Part shown: positions 28,617 through 37,900 of the stretch, in pieces
Layout: each line of letters begins with the position of its first letter
Position numbering within the stretch: position 1 is the first letter of the stretch
NCBI GenBank assembly: GCA_015228785.1
Contig: JADGCU010000006.1
Coordinates: forward strand, 1-51,525
Reading direction: 5' to 3'
Origin: Candidatus Omnitrophota bacterium
GTDB taxonomy: Bacteria; Omnitrophota; Gorgyraeia; Zapsychrales; Fredricksoniimonadaceae
DNA length: 51,525 nucleotides
Program-made: the position numbers and the translations under genes
Notes under the pieces: generated by a model
What the model saw: the letters and a program-made list of their open reading frames with translations, nothing else
Told to the model about the DNA's origin: nothing
The model's database searches: none

Positions 28617-30350
28617 TTATGTTTCATCCGCCGCCGTAACACGGACAACTTCTTCCAGACTCGTCAAGCCTCGTGCTGCCTTGGTCAGAGCATCCTCACG
28701 CATGGTCCTCATCCCCTCCTGCCGCCCAGCAGCCTTGATCTGAAGCTCCCCTGCGCGACCAAGAATCTTGCTCCTTACCAACGGCGTAAACATCATCACC
28801 TCATGAATCCCCACACGCCCAGCATAACCAGTCTCTAAACAATGTTTACAACCCTTCCCGCGAAAAAAATGACGATCCTTGCCTGGAAGAATCCGTTCAA
28901 TCGTGAGCTTTTTATAAAGAACTTCGGAAATAACAATTTCTTCCTTGCACTTGGGGCAAATCTTTCTCAACAGCCTCTGGGCGATCAGGCAATTAACAGA
29001 AGAACAGATCAAAAATGGCTCGATACCCATATTCACCATACGGATGATAGATCCCGCAGCCGTCGTTGTATGTAAAGAACTGAGAACCAAATGCCCGGTC
29101 AACGCCGCCTTGACCCCAATGTCGAGTGTCTCCGCATCACGAATCTCACCGATCATAATGACGTCAGGATCCTGCCGCAAGATTGAGCGCAGGGTCGCTG
29201 TAAACGTGAGCCCCACCTCATAACGAATATTAACCTGATTGATCCCTTTCATCTGATACTCAACGGGATCCTCAACCGTCACAATATTCTTTTCAGGAGA
29301 ATCAATATGCTTCAAGATCGAATAAAGGGTCGTCGTTTTTCCGCTTCCTGTTGGACCACAGGCTAGAATCATCCCGTGAGGCCGAGCCGCAGCTACCTTG
29401 ACCTGCGCCAGATTCTTCTCCTCAAAACCAAGATTATCTATATCAACGCGCTCAAGACTCTTATCGAGAACACGTAAAACGATCTTCTCGCCAAAAACAG
29501 TAGGCAGAACACTGACACGAAAATCAACGTTCTTTCCCCCATCCACAACAGAACGAAACCGGCCATCCTGCGGCAAGCGATGCTCAGAAATATCCAAATT
29601 AGAAATAACCTTAATCCGCGAAATGATCGGAAAATGAAGCACCTTCGCCATACGGTCAATCTCACGCAACACCCCATCCACGCGATAACGAATACGTAAA
29701 TGCTTTTCCATGGGTTCTATAAAGACATCGCTCGCCTTTGCAGATACGGCCTGACGGATAATCGTATTGGTCAAACGAATGATCGGCGCTTCTTGGGTGA
29801 TCTGCTCCACTTCCCGCCCATTAGGACCAGGAGGACCATCATGAATAAGTTCTGGATCTTCAGAATCCTTAATATCCTTGATATCTTTAATAATAGAGTC
29901 CAAAGACTCCTCGGACTTGGGAGCACAATACTGCTCAATCGCCTCCTGAATATCTTTCGAACGACCAATAAGGGGTGTAATCGTAAGCCCCGTCAAGGCC
30001 TTCACATTATCAATCACAAAGATATTCAAAGGATCCGCCATGGCAACAGACAAATTGTCACCCAATCGAGACACTGGAAGAATCTGATATTTCTTCAAAA
30101 TATCAACGGGAATCGCATTCACAGCCGCAGGATCAATCTTAAGACGGGAAATATTAATAATAGGAAGGTGAAGCCCCTCGCTCAAGAGAAAGGCGAGTTG
30201 TTCCTGATCGATCAGTCCCTTGTTCATCAGGATACGACCCAAGTCCTCGCCGGTCCTTCGCTGTTCCTCAAGGGCCTTCTCAAGATCTTCAGAGGTGACG
30301 ATCTTCTCTCTGAGCAGAATCTCTTTTATCCGATCTTTCAGAGTCGACAT
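28617..30350 (-). CDS. pilB: PilB/GspE-family assembly ATPase (paralog 1)
   Basis: PQDGR, GPTGSGKTTT, EDPVEY, LRQDPDVIMIGEIRD, TGHLVLSSLH and CPKC/CKHC. Confidence 0.92.
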   Translation of the reverse strand: MSTLKDRIKEILLREKIVTSEDLEKALEEQRRTGEDLGRILMNKGLIDQEQLAFLLSEGLHLPIINISRLKIDPAAVNAIPVDILKKYQILPVSRLGDNLSVAMADPLNIFVIDNVKALTGLTITPLIGRSKDIQEAIEQYCAPKSEESLDSIIKDIKDIKDSEDPELIHDGPPGPNGREVEQITQEAPIIRLTNTIIRQAVSAKASDVFIEPMEKHLRIRYRVDGVLREIDRMAKVLHFPIISRIKVISNLDISEHRLPQDGRFRSVVDGGKNVDFRVSVLPTVFGEKIVLRVLDKSLERVDIDNLGFEEKNLAQVKVAAARPHGMILACGPTGSGKTTTLYSILKHIDSPEKNIVTVEDPVEYQMKGINQVNIRYEVGLTFTATLRSILRQDPDVIMIGEIRDAETLDIGVKAALTGHLVLSSLHTTTAAGSIIRMVNMGIEPFLICSSVNCLIAQRLLRKICPKCKEEIVISEVLYKKLTIERILPGKDRHFFRGKGCKHCLETGYAGRVGIHEVMMFTPLVRSKILGRAGELQIKAAGRQEGMRTMREDALTKAARGLTSLEEVVRVTAADET

Positions 30351-30799
30351 TACGCCTGACCGTAGTATTTTTTGATCGCGGTACGGATATCCGTTATAGT
30401 GCTCACGAATGCCTGCACGGTGCAGCCTGTGATAAGCTCCACATCGTCAACCGCCTTGACATTCAGAGGATTGGCCATCGCCAGGGTTAAACTCTTACCA
30501 ATCTTATCAATAGGAACAAGGCAAAACTGCTCACAAAGATTAGCCGGAACAGTACGCACAACTTCCGGATCAATCTCATAATTTGCTAAAGGAAGGTAGG
30601 GAAATCCATACTGACAGGTGAGTGCTTGAGCAATATCTTCTTCGGTCGCAAAGGCAAGATTCACAAGGGCTTCGCCGAAAAGGACTCCCTCATGACTGCG
30701 CTGGTACTCCAAAACTTTCTCAACTTGAGCACGGCTCACAACCCCACGTTCAACAAGAAGCTCGCCAAGGTGCTTACTAGAAGCTCGTTCAATTCTCAT
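30350..30799 (-). CDS. Stand-alone MshEN / T2SSE N-terminal domain protein
   Basis: KHLGELLVERGVVS..QV...L..Q and LFGEALV.L.F......AL..Q, plus LAMANPLN. Its stop overlaps the pilB start (TAATG). Confidence 0.82.
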   Translation of the reverse strand: MRIERASSKHLGELLVERGVVSRAQVEKVLEYQRSHEGVLFGEALVNLAFATEEDIAQALTCQYGFPYLPLANYEIDPEVVRTVPANLCEQFCLVPIDKIGKSLTLAMANPLNVKAVDDVELITGCTVQAFVSTITDIRTAIKKYYGQA

Positions 30800-30833
30800 A
30801 GAAAAGATGATTTCCCTTCGTCAATTCATGAGT

Positions 30834-30862
30834 ACTTTACTTAAATTGATATTAATTGTCAA
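30834..30862 (-). promoter_or_regulatory. Sigma70-type promoter for the pilus assembly operon
   Basis: TTGACA-17 nt-TAAAGT. An ATTGAT/ATCAAT inverted repeat (30845-30850 / 30862-30867) brackets the -35 box. Confidence 0.6.
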
Positions 30863-30888
30863 TCAATAGAAGGAGTTTCCAGCCCATT

Positions 30889-31992
30889 TTAGGTGGACCG
30901 GCGCTGGGCAAGATTAAGGAGAATCCCCACCATCATGGCGAAAACCATAAAAGATGTCCGACCATAACTAATAAAAGGGAGCGTGATCCCAACAACCGGA
31001 CTTAACCCCATGGTCATACTTATATTAATGGTCACCTGAAGCACCAAAATCGTCACGATCCCCACAGCAACAAGATGGCCAAACTTATCCTTAAGCCGCG
31101 CCGCAATACGCACTCCTGTATAAATAAGGACAAAATAGCATGCCAAAAGAAAGATAGCCCCCAGAAAGCCCCACTCCTCACCAATCACAGAAAAAATAAA
31201 ATCCGTATGCCGTTCAGGAAGAAAATTGAGTTGATTCTGTGTTCCTGAAAGCCAGCCCTTGCCAATCACCTGACCGGAGCCAATCGCGATACGGGACTGA
31301 ATGATCGTATATCCTGCCCCAAAAGGGTCGATATTAGGATTCAAAAAAACCAGAAGCCGGTCCTTCTGATAAGCTCTTAAAAAATGCCAACCCACCGGGA
31401 CCATGGCCGCACACAATCCGAGGAAGCAAAGAAACGGCTTACGATCAATACCGCTCGCATACAGCATGACGATAAAAATGCCAAAAATAAGAATCGCAGT
31501 CCCCAAATCCGGCTGCTTGAAGATCAATCCAAAACTTAATAAAGTAAGAAGGAGCGGATAAAGAAGATCGCGTCCCAAGACGTAAAAAGAACTACGAATA
31601 TCAAAAGAAAGCTTGGGATTGCGCTTACTGAAATACCGGGCAAGAACAAGGATCAACGTTAACTTGGTAAGTTCCGACGGCTGAAAGGTCACGCCCGCAA
31701 CATTGAACCAACGGGTCGCGCCCAAAGCCTCGCGACCGGCGACAAGAACAAAAACAAGAAGACAAACATTAATCCCATAAATAATATACGCCATGTCATA
31801 AGAAAGCCGATAATTCACTCGACTTAACAAATACATGACAAGAATTCCAATCCCAGCACAGAGAAGCTGGTCCACAAACACCTGTTGAGTCACACGAACA
31901 TTTTCATAACTGGCGCTGTAAAGGGCAACAAGCCCACTGCCCATAATAAGGAGCACGGCTGCCCAGATCGTTCTCACATCAGGATGACGCAT
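30889..31992 (-). CDS. rodA: Rod shape-determining protein RodA (SEDS family)
   Basis: GATRW, QPSE..K, QPDLGTA, GY...QS.IAIGSG, FLPERHTDFIF.V..EE.G and LPFISYG. Confidence 0.93.
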   Translation of the reverse strand: MRHPDVRTIWAAVLLIMGSGLVALYSASYENVRVTQQVFVDQLLCAGIGILVMYLLSRVNYRLSYDMAYIIYGINVCLLVFVLVAGREALGATRWFNVAGVTFQPSELTKLTLILVLARYFSKRNPKLSFDIRSSFYVLGRDLLYPLLLTLLSFGLIFKQPDLGTAILIFGIFIVMLYASGIDRKPFLCFLGLCAAMVPVGWHFLRAYQKDRLLVFLNPNIDPFGAGYTIIQSRIAIGSGQVIGKGWLSGTQNQLNFLPERHTDFIFSVIGEEWGFLGAIFLLACYFVLIYTGVRIAARLKDKFGHLVAVGIVTILVLQVTINISMTMGLSPVVGITLPFISYGRTSFMVFAMMVGILLNLAQRRST

Positions 31993-32029
31993 AGCGTTTG
32001 TCCAAAAAAATCTTGCGAACCGCCTTCAC

Positions 32030-32272
32030 TTACTTGCCCTTCTCCCAGGGCCAAGGGCATTGATATTTACAGGCGATCTCAGGGTAAGGCGTTTTCACAC
32101 GCTTGAGACATGACGCTTTACAACGAATAACATCAAAAACAGGAACAAGAACAAACATCGCAAGAATCACGATCAAAAGCACCTTTTTCTGACGATCCGA
32201 CAACATGGGCTTCTTCTCTGCCTTACTACTGGGAGCCTCTTTTTTCCTTTTTGCGTTTCTTTCTCTACCCAT
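32030..32272 (-). CDS. Small single-TM protein with a Cys-rich C-terminus
   Basis: AAAGGA SD, basic N-terminus, one TM, then two CxxxC motifs. Confidence 0.6.
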   Translation of the reverse strand: MGRERNAKRKKEAPSSKAEKKPMLSDRQKKVLLIVILAMFVLVPVFDVIRCKASCLKRVKTPYPEIACKYQCPWPWEKGK

Positions 32273-32299
32273 TGAATTCCTTTCTTAAGCCATATCGAT

Positions 32300-33799
32300 T
32301 TATTTCTTTTCCCCGAATACATTGGCCGTAAAGATCTCAAGCGTTGTCCCGGGAGTTTTCCAGCAATCCGAAGGAAGCCCTGCTTTCTGCGAACAAAGTT
32401 CTGATAGGAATCTCCCCTTACTCCAACCTGTTTCAGTCGCTACCTGAGGGAGAAAAACGCCCCTATTAAAATGTCCGCGGCTTACGATCACACCGTGTTC
32501 TCCTAAAATAATCTCATCTGCGCTCTTAGCCACACGCGGCTTAGAAAGAACCGAAATTTCAACGTCAATATCCTTAAGCTCATCAGCTGTCACAGAATTA
32601 AACCGTGGATCTTCCGATGCGGCCGCGATCGCCATGCTCCGAATCGTCTGAAATAATGGCCCGCTTCCGAAAATGTTCCCAATACAGCCACGCAACTGCC
32701 CCTTCTTCTGAAGCGTCACAAACGCCCCTTCCTCTTCGTTCAACCGCAAATCTGCCTCCTGAACTTCCGGCGCCTTTCCCGTCTTAACAAAAGCATCGAG
32801 GGTCGATCGGGCGATCTCCAAGAGCCGCTTTTTCTGTGCCTCATTTAACGACGCAACACCTTGAACACTCTGTGTCACCGGCGTCTTTTCATTCTTATCA
32901 CGAAAAAACATGATCGAGGCGTACCCCACAACACTGGAGGTGTCTCCTGTCACATCAGCTGAGGTGGCATGCCGAAGGACCTTAGCCTGAGTATACCCGG
33001 CCATCTTGGCGTAAAGCATCGCCACAGTCACCACATGAAACCCGTCGACCTCCATCTCACCGGATTGATGACCAGCCCAAAGTTTCTCAACATCCATGGC
33101 CTCAATGGCTTGAAGCCCCCGATCATCGATCTCGCGAGCAACCTTGTCTGGATGAAAATGCGACTGATCAACACTCACATCAATAAGGACATCATCTCGC
33201 CCCTGGATCGAAGAAGCAAGCGCCTCGGCAAGAGCACGCAACACCTCTGGTTCCGGCGGGTATCCCACAATGATCGGAACAATCTTAGCATTAGGAAAAG
33301 CCTTCTGAATAAAAGGAAGTTGTGTCTCCACGGAATTCTCGGCACGGCCACCCGCACCTTCAAAGACATCACGACGGAAAGAAAACCGCTTGTCACATGA
33401 AGTAATCTTTTGCGCAAGGGCTTGATCCACCTCAATCCGCCCTAACGGCGTTACAAACGCCCCATCCGGCCAAATCGATGCCCCTTTGGAACTCACATGA
33501 TGGCTCGGCGCCAGGATCACAACAGTCGCAACCTTCCTGGCCTGCGCCGCTTTAAATCCATATGCCGCAACAGGACCTGAAAAAACAAACCCCGCATGAG
33601 GAGAAACAATAACTCCCATATCAGCCTCTGTAGGAGCATCCTTGGCATTAGCAAAGAATCCATCCAACATGACTGACAACTCACGCTTGTCCCCCGGATA
33701 CCAGCTTCCCGCGAGCGCCGCTTCTTTAATATGATCTTCAGATCTGGCAGAAAAACTTATGGCCATAAAAAACACCAAAATAAAAGCAATCTTATTCAT
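32300..33799 (-). CDS. AmmeMemoRadiSam system protein B (MEMO-like) fused to protein A (AMMECR1-like)
   Basis: AGSWYP, SPHAGF..SG, PSH, TPLG, VVGY in the N-domain; GAFVTL...GQLRGCIG, A..DPRF, EISVLS, GVFLPQVA in the C-domain. Confidence 0.88.
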   Translation of the reverse strand: MNKIAFILVFFMAISFSARSEDHIKEAALAGSWYPGDKRELSVMLDGFFANAKDAPTEADMGVIVSPHAGFVFSGPVAAYGFKAAQARKVATVVILAPSHHVSSKGASIWPDGAFVTPLGRIEVDQALAQKITSCDKRFSFRRDVFEGAGGRAENSVETQLPFIQKAFPNAKIVPIIVGYPPEPEVLRALAEALASSIQGRDDVLIDVSVDQSHFHPDKVAREIDDRGLQAIEAMDVEKLWAGHQSGEMEVDGFHVVTVAMLYAKMAGYTQAKVLRHATSADVTGDTSSVVGYASIMFFRDKNEKTPVTQSVQGVASLNEAQKKRLLEIARSTLDAFVKTGKAPEVQEADLRLNEEEGAFVTLQKKGQLRGCIGNIFGSGPLFQTIRSMAIAAASEDPRFNSVTADELKDIDVEISVLSKPRVAKSADEIILGEHGVIVSRGHFNRGVFLPQVATETGWSKGRFLSELCSQKAGLPSDCWKTPGTTLEIFTANVFGEKK

Positions 33800-34251
33800 G
33801 ATCGCGTCTTCACAAAATAATTATCCAGACTTAACCACCTAGCCTGATCAATATTCCTAAGGCAAAAAAGTGTACTCACAAGAACAGTTACATCCAGAAT
33901 AATCACCCCGCGCAAAGGAAGATGCACAAGACTCCCGAAACAACCGCAGCTATCTATGGGAAGGTTTCTTACGATCGCCTGCCCCACCATGAGAATCAGC
34001 GAACAAGAGACCCCAGCGAGCGCTATAAGCCCCACATCAAGCCATATGCCCAGGAGAATCGAGAGGCCAATGAAAAGCTCTGCCCATGGGAAAAAAACCG
34101 AGGCCAGCTGAGCCAGGGGATCAGGGAGAATCTGATAGGCTTGAATAACATAAAGAAAATTCTCTGATGGGCCCACAGCCTTCTCGCCACCCGACACAAT
34201 AAAAAGAACTCCCAAAAGTACCCGAATAAAAAGAAGAATATTACGGCGCAT
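33796..34251 (-). CDS. DoxX / MauE-family membrane protein
   Basis: R..LG..FI.SG..K, PWAEL..G and CGCFG. Start at the ATG at 34251, overlapping the dsbA stop. Confidence 0.85.
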   Translation of the reverse strand: MRRNILLFIRVLLGVLFIVSGGEKAVGPSENFLYVIQAYQILPDPLAQLASVFFPWAELFIGLSILLGIWLDVGLIALAGVSCSLILMVGQAIVRNLPIDSCGCFGSLVHLPLRGVIILDVTVLVSTLFCLRNIDQARWLSLDNYFVKTRS

Positions 34252-34870
34252 CTTTTTCCAAGATCTTCTCGATCTCCTCCTTGAAGCCCTTCCCCCCAAC
34301 GATCATCTTACCGTTCACAAAGAACGTAGGCGTTGAACTCACGCCCAAAGCATTCCCCTCCTTAATATCGTTCGTGATACGCGCCTCCATGGTCCCCCCA
34401 TTAACACAGGCCGAAAGCCTCACCCCATCAACTCCAAGCGAAACAGCCATCTCTGAAAAATATGTATCCACACTTACCATTTTCGACCAGCTTTTTTGAC
34501 TCTTGAAAAGAACATCATGGAACTGCCAAAACTTCCCCTGCTCCGCCGCGCATTCCGCATAAATAGCCGCACGACGGGCAAACGCATGCATAGGAAGAGG
34601 AAAATACTTAAGCTCAATATGAATCTTATCTGGATATTTTAGAAATTCTTCTTTAATATTCTTTGCAGCACGAGAGCATGCGGGACATTGAAAGTCTGTA
34701 TATTCCACGACCTGAATAGGCGCGCCTATTTTTCCCTTTTCACGGGGCCCCAACTGAGCCATAGGCGACTTTACAAAAGGCTTTTTAAAAAGAACTGCCT
34801 TCAATGTCAAGATCGCCCCCACACACATCAGAGCAATGAGTCCGGCAAGGACAGGTTTAGATATTTTCAC
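34241..34870 (-). CDS. DsbA-family thiol-disulfide oxidoreductase
   Basis: N-terminal anchor, EYTDFQCPAC, FPL, A.EQGKFW and GVSSTPTFFVNG. Confidence 0.9.
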   Translation of the reverse strand: MKISKPVLAGLIALMCVGAILTLKAVLFKKPFVKSPMAQLGPREKGKIGAPIQVVEYTDFQCPACSRAAKNIKEEFLKYPDKIHIELKYFPLPMHAFARRAAIYAECAAEQGKFWQFHDVLFKSQKSWSKMVSVDTYFSEMAVSLGVDGVRLSACVNGGTMEARITNDIKEGNALGVSSTPTFFVNGKMIVGGKGFKEEIEKILEKDAP

Positions 34871-34959
34871 AAAGCACCTCTTCTCTTTTTTATAAACAAC
34901 TCGTGGATATTCTATAACAAAAAAGGAAAGATGAGAAGCTGAGACTGAACGAAAAAGAA

Positions 34960-37900
34960 TTACCCAGCCGTGTCGAGCGGCTCTCCTGATATAACCCCTA
35001 AAAACTGCGGAAGATCCTCAAGCGGCTGAATACTAAAAATGACAGGAACAAATCCAGATGCTTGTCTAAACCGCTCTAACTTCACGGGATCGATATTAAA
35101 CTGGATCGCGTTCCCCGTCCCTGTGGTCTTAACATCCATGCGCTGAGCCCTAAGATCAATACCACCTGTCTTATCCCCGGCCTTCATCGCCGACTCAGCA
35201 GCGATCTTGCTAAGCAAGATACGAGCATATTCAATAGCCTTGCCTTGATCAATAAAATTCGGACTCGTCACAATTGAAACAACTTTAGCCTTTCGAGCCA
35301 GAGACGCAAAATGATCGAGTGCCCTCTCGACCGCTTGCGAAGGAAGCCCGTTCAAAACGTCAATATCGATATCAACTATATCAAAACTTTTGCCGGACAC
35401 GTCCTGCGCAGAACCAGGTTCGATCTTGTAACGCAACTCTGTTCCAGGTGCCATGCCGACAGCCTGCATGGTATCCATGTTATAAAGCCAGCGCCAAACC
35501 GCAATAAGCCCCTTCTCTACAAACGGGGTAATAAACCCCTGAATACCCAGAATATTCAACCCGTAAGCATCTGCTTCTGATAACTTGTCCGATCCAGACC
35601 CGAGAAATTGAGGAGTAGAGCGGTAACGCTGCATAATCTCGGCGTCCGCATGCGCATCAATATGGAGCAGGCTATTACCCTTGCGAGAAATCCATCCTTT
35701 CTCAACAGCAAACCACCAGAAAGGAAACGCAAAATTATGATCATCTGCGATAAACACGCGTGGGCCATCAGGAATTTCGATGAGAACTTTCTTCTTTAAA
35801 CCTGTGATTTCTTTAAGGTCCTCACCTTTTAAAGACCGGTAAGAAACAATATTAGACTCGATAACCTGATCTGCCATTTCCGCCGACCATCCCCGCACAA
35901 CAGTCCAATCATCAACACCTGTCACATCGACCGCATCTCCGGCAAGGAGCTTCAGCCCAAAGGGAACGATCTCGGCAACCGCCTTTTCATTACGCTTCGT
36001 CACCTGATTCGACCCTGCTTGACCGTCTCTGTTTCTTGCCAAGAGCCGTTGAACAGCGCTCGCCGTTTCTTTATAGTTGATCACATTGGCCTTTACGAGA
36101 CCAGGAACACCTTTCACCTCCTCATCAGACCCTCCAGGTCCAAAACCATCGCCGAAATAAACAACTTTTGTACCAAACCTTGGAAAAATCTTCTTTCCCA
36201 TAGTCTCGCCTTTATTGATAGCCAAGAACCAGGAGTTGTAATGATAAAGCTCCCCATTTTTATCGCCATCAAACGGCTTAGTATCAATAAAAGGCCCCGA
36301 TGTATCAGGCAAAACAATGCCTCGCCTCTTGGTCTCGTGCCTCAAATACTCAAGGATCTCCGGGATCCTCTGCCCATGTAACAATCTAAACCTAACAGAA
36401 ATCACTCCGTCCGACGTTAATATCTGGGGCTCCATATTTTCCTCGGGAAACTTCTGTGCGATGGATAATAAGACACTCGAAAGCCTCTCCACCGTCGCAT
36501 CACCTGAAAAAGTAACTAAATCTGTCTTCAAATAACCCGTGCTGTCAACGTCATAGGAAGCTCCGCCACCCGCGACATATAGCACAATCTTCTTCCCGCC
36601 TGTCAATCGTGACCTGATCGGCATACCCTTAGCATCTTTGCTGTTTTCCAAATGCTCTCGCAATCTCTCAAAATTCCCATTGGTCAAGATCACGATCTTC
36701 TTTTTGGCATCAAGCGCAGCCAACAATGTTTCCACCATCTCTGAAGACAAGGGTGATTTGTCATCCGCGAGTGTGCCATCATAATCAAAAACCAGCACTT
36801 CCGCATCATCAAGATCTCCCATAGCGATCTTTTTAACAAGTTGTCCGTGATCAAACAGTTGATTCTCAACACTAGCCTTATCTGTCTTCATCGCCAACTC
36901 GCGGTCTGATCCCCACATCGGTGTTACAGCAACGTTCGCTTTCTTCTGAAAAAAGACCTTGCCGCTTTTAAAAGTAAGAATATCAGAAAGAAGAACTCCC
37001 TCTTTGCCAAGAACTTCCGCTATCCCTTGAGGATCATGATCAGGAAACACTCCCTGAAGATACAAAACACCTTCTGGACGCAATCGATCTACCATCGTTC
37101 GAATAAGCTCAGGAGAAAGATCCGGGCCAAAACGCATATAAATAAAATCCAAAGATCCCTCGGGAAGGAACTTTGCTGCATTCAACGCATCAGCACGGTA
37201 GAAATCAATATCAATAGGAAAACGTCCCTGAAGATATTTCATATCTTCAATGCCCTTTTTAAAACGATTGATCCACTTTGCAGCGATATCAACAACATGA
37301 AATCTAATCTCTGGCCCTTTCGCAGATCCTATTCCTCGGCCAAATGCTTTCATCATCACTAAGAATTCTTCCTTCCAAGGATCCCCAGGTGAAAAGAGGC
37401 CAATATCTCTCGGAGAAAAAGATGGCAACGCGCTATGAACAGCCTCGATCATTTCTTTAATATCCGGCTCAGCGGTATCAGGCGTTCCTGCCCACTGATT
37501 GAACTCGCCACTATCTTCACTATCATCAGCGTGCAAAGTATACTTTTCATTCCTCACCACCTCTACCCCTAATGACTTAAGCTCATAATCAAGATAATTG
37601 ATAACCACCTCTCCATTGGCCTTCAATAGAACAAACGACATCCCTTGAGAAGAAAAGACTTTCGTAGGTGCATGAATATAAATATTCTCATCTTTCATCC
37701 CACCCTGTCGTAAATACTCCACCAGATCATTCACATCACCATTCCCAGAACCTGGAACAATCACAATACGATGGTCATCATTCACGTGAGGAAGCATGTC
37801 CTTGGGCTCTCGAGTTGAAGAAAAATGCCCAAATCGAATTCCCACCCCATCTTTATCGTAAACAATAAAAGCTACACCCGTGCTATTTAAAGAAGCTGAA

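Noticed and set aside
29700-30359. 219-aa plus-strand ORF, and the many other short antisense or nested ORFs in the track
   Set aside because: They lie opposite or inside clearly identified genes such as pilB and show no independent coding signal.
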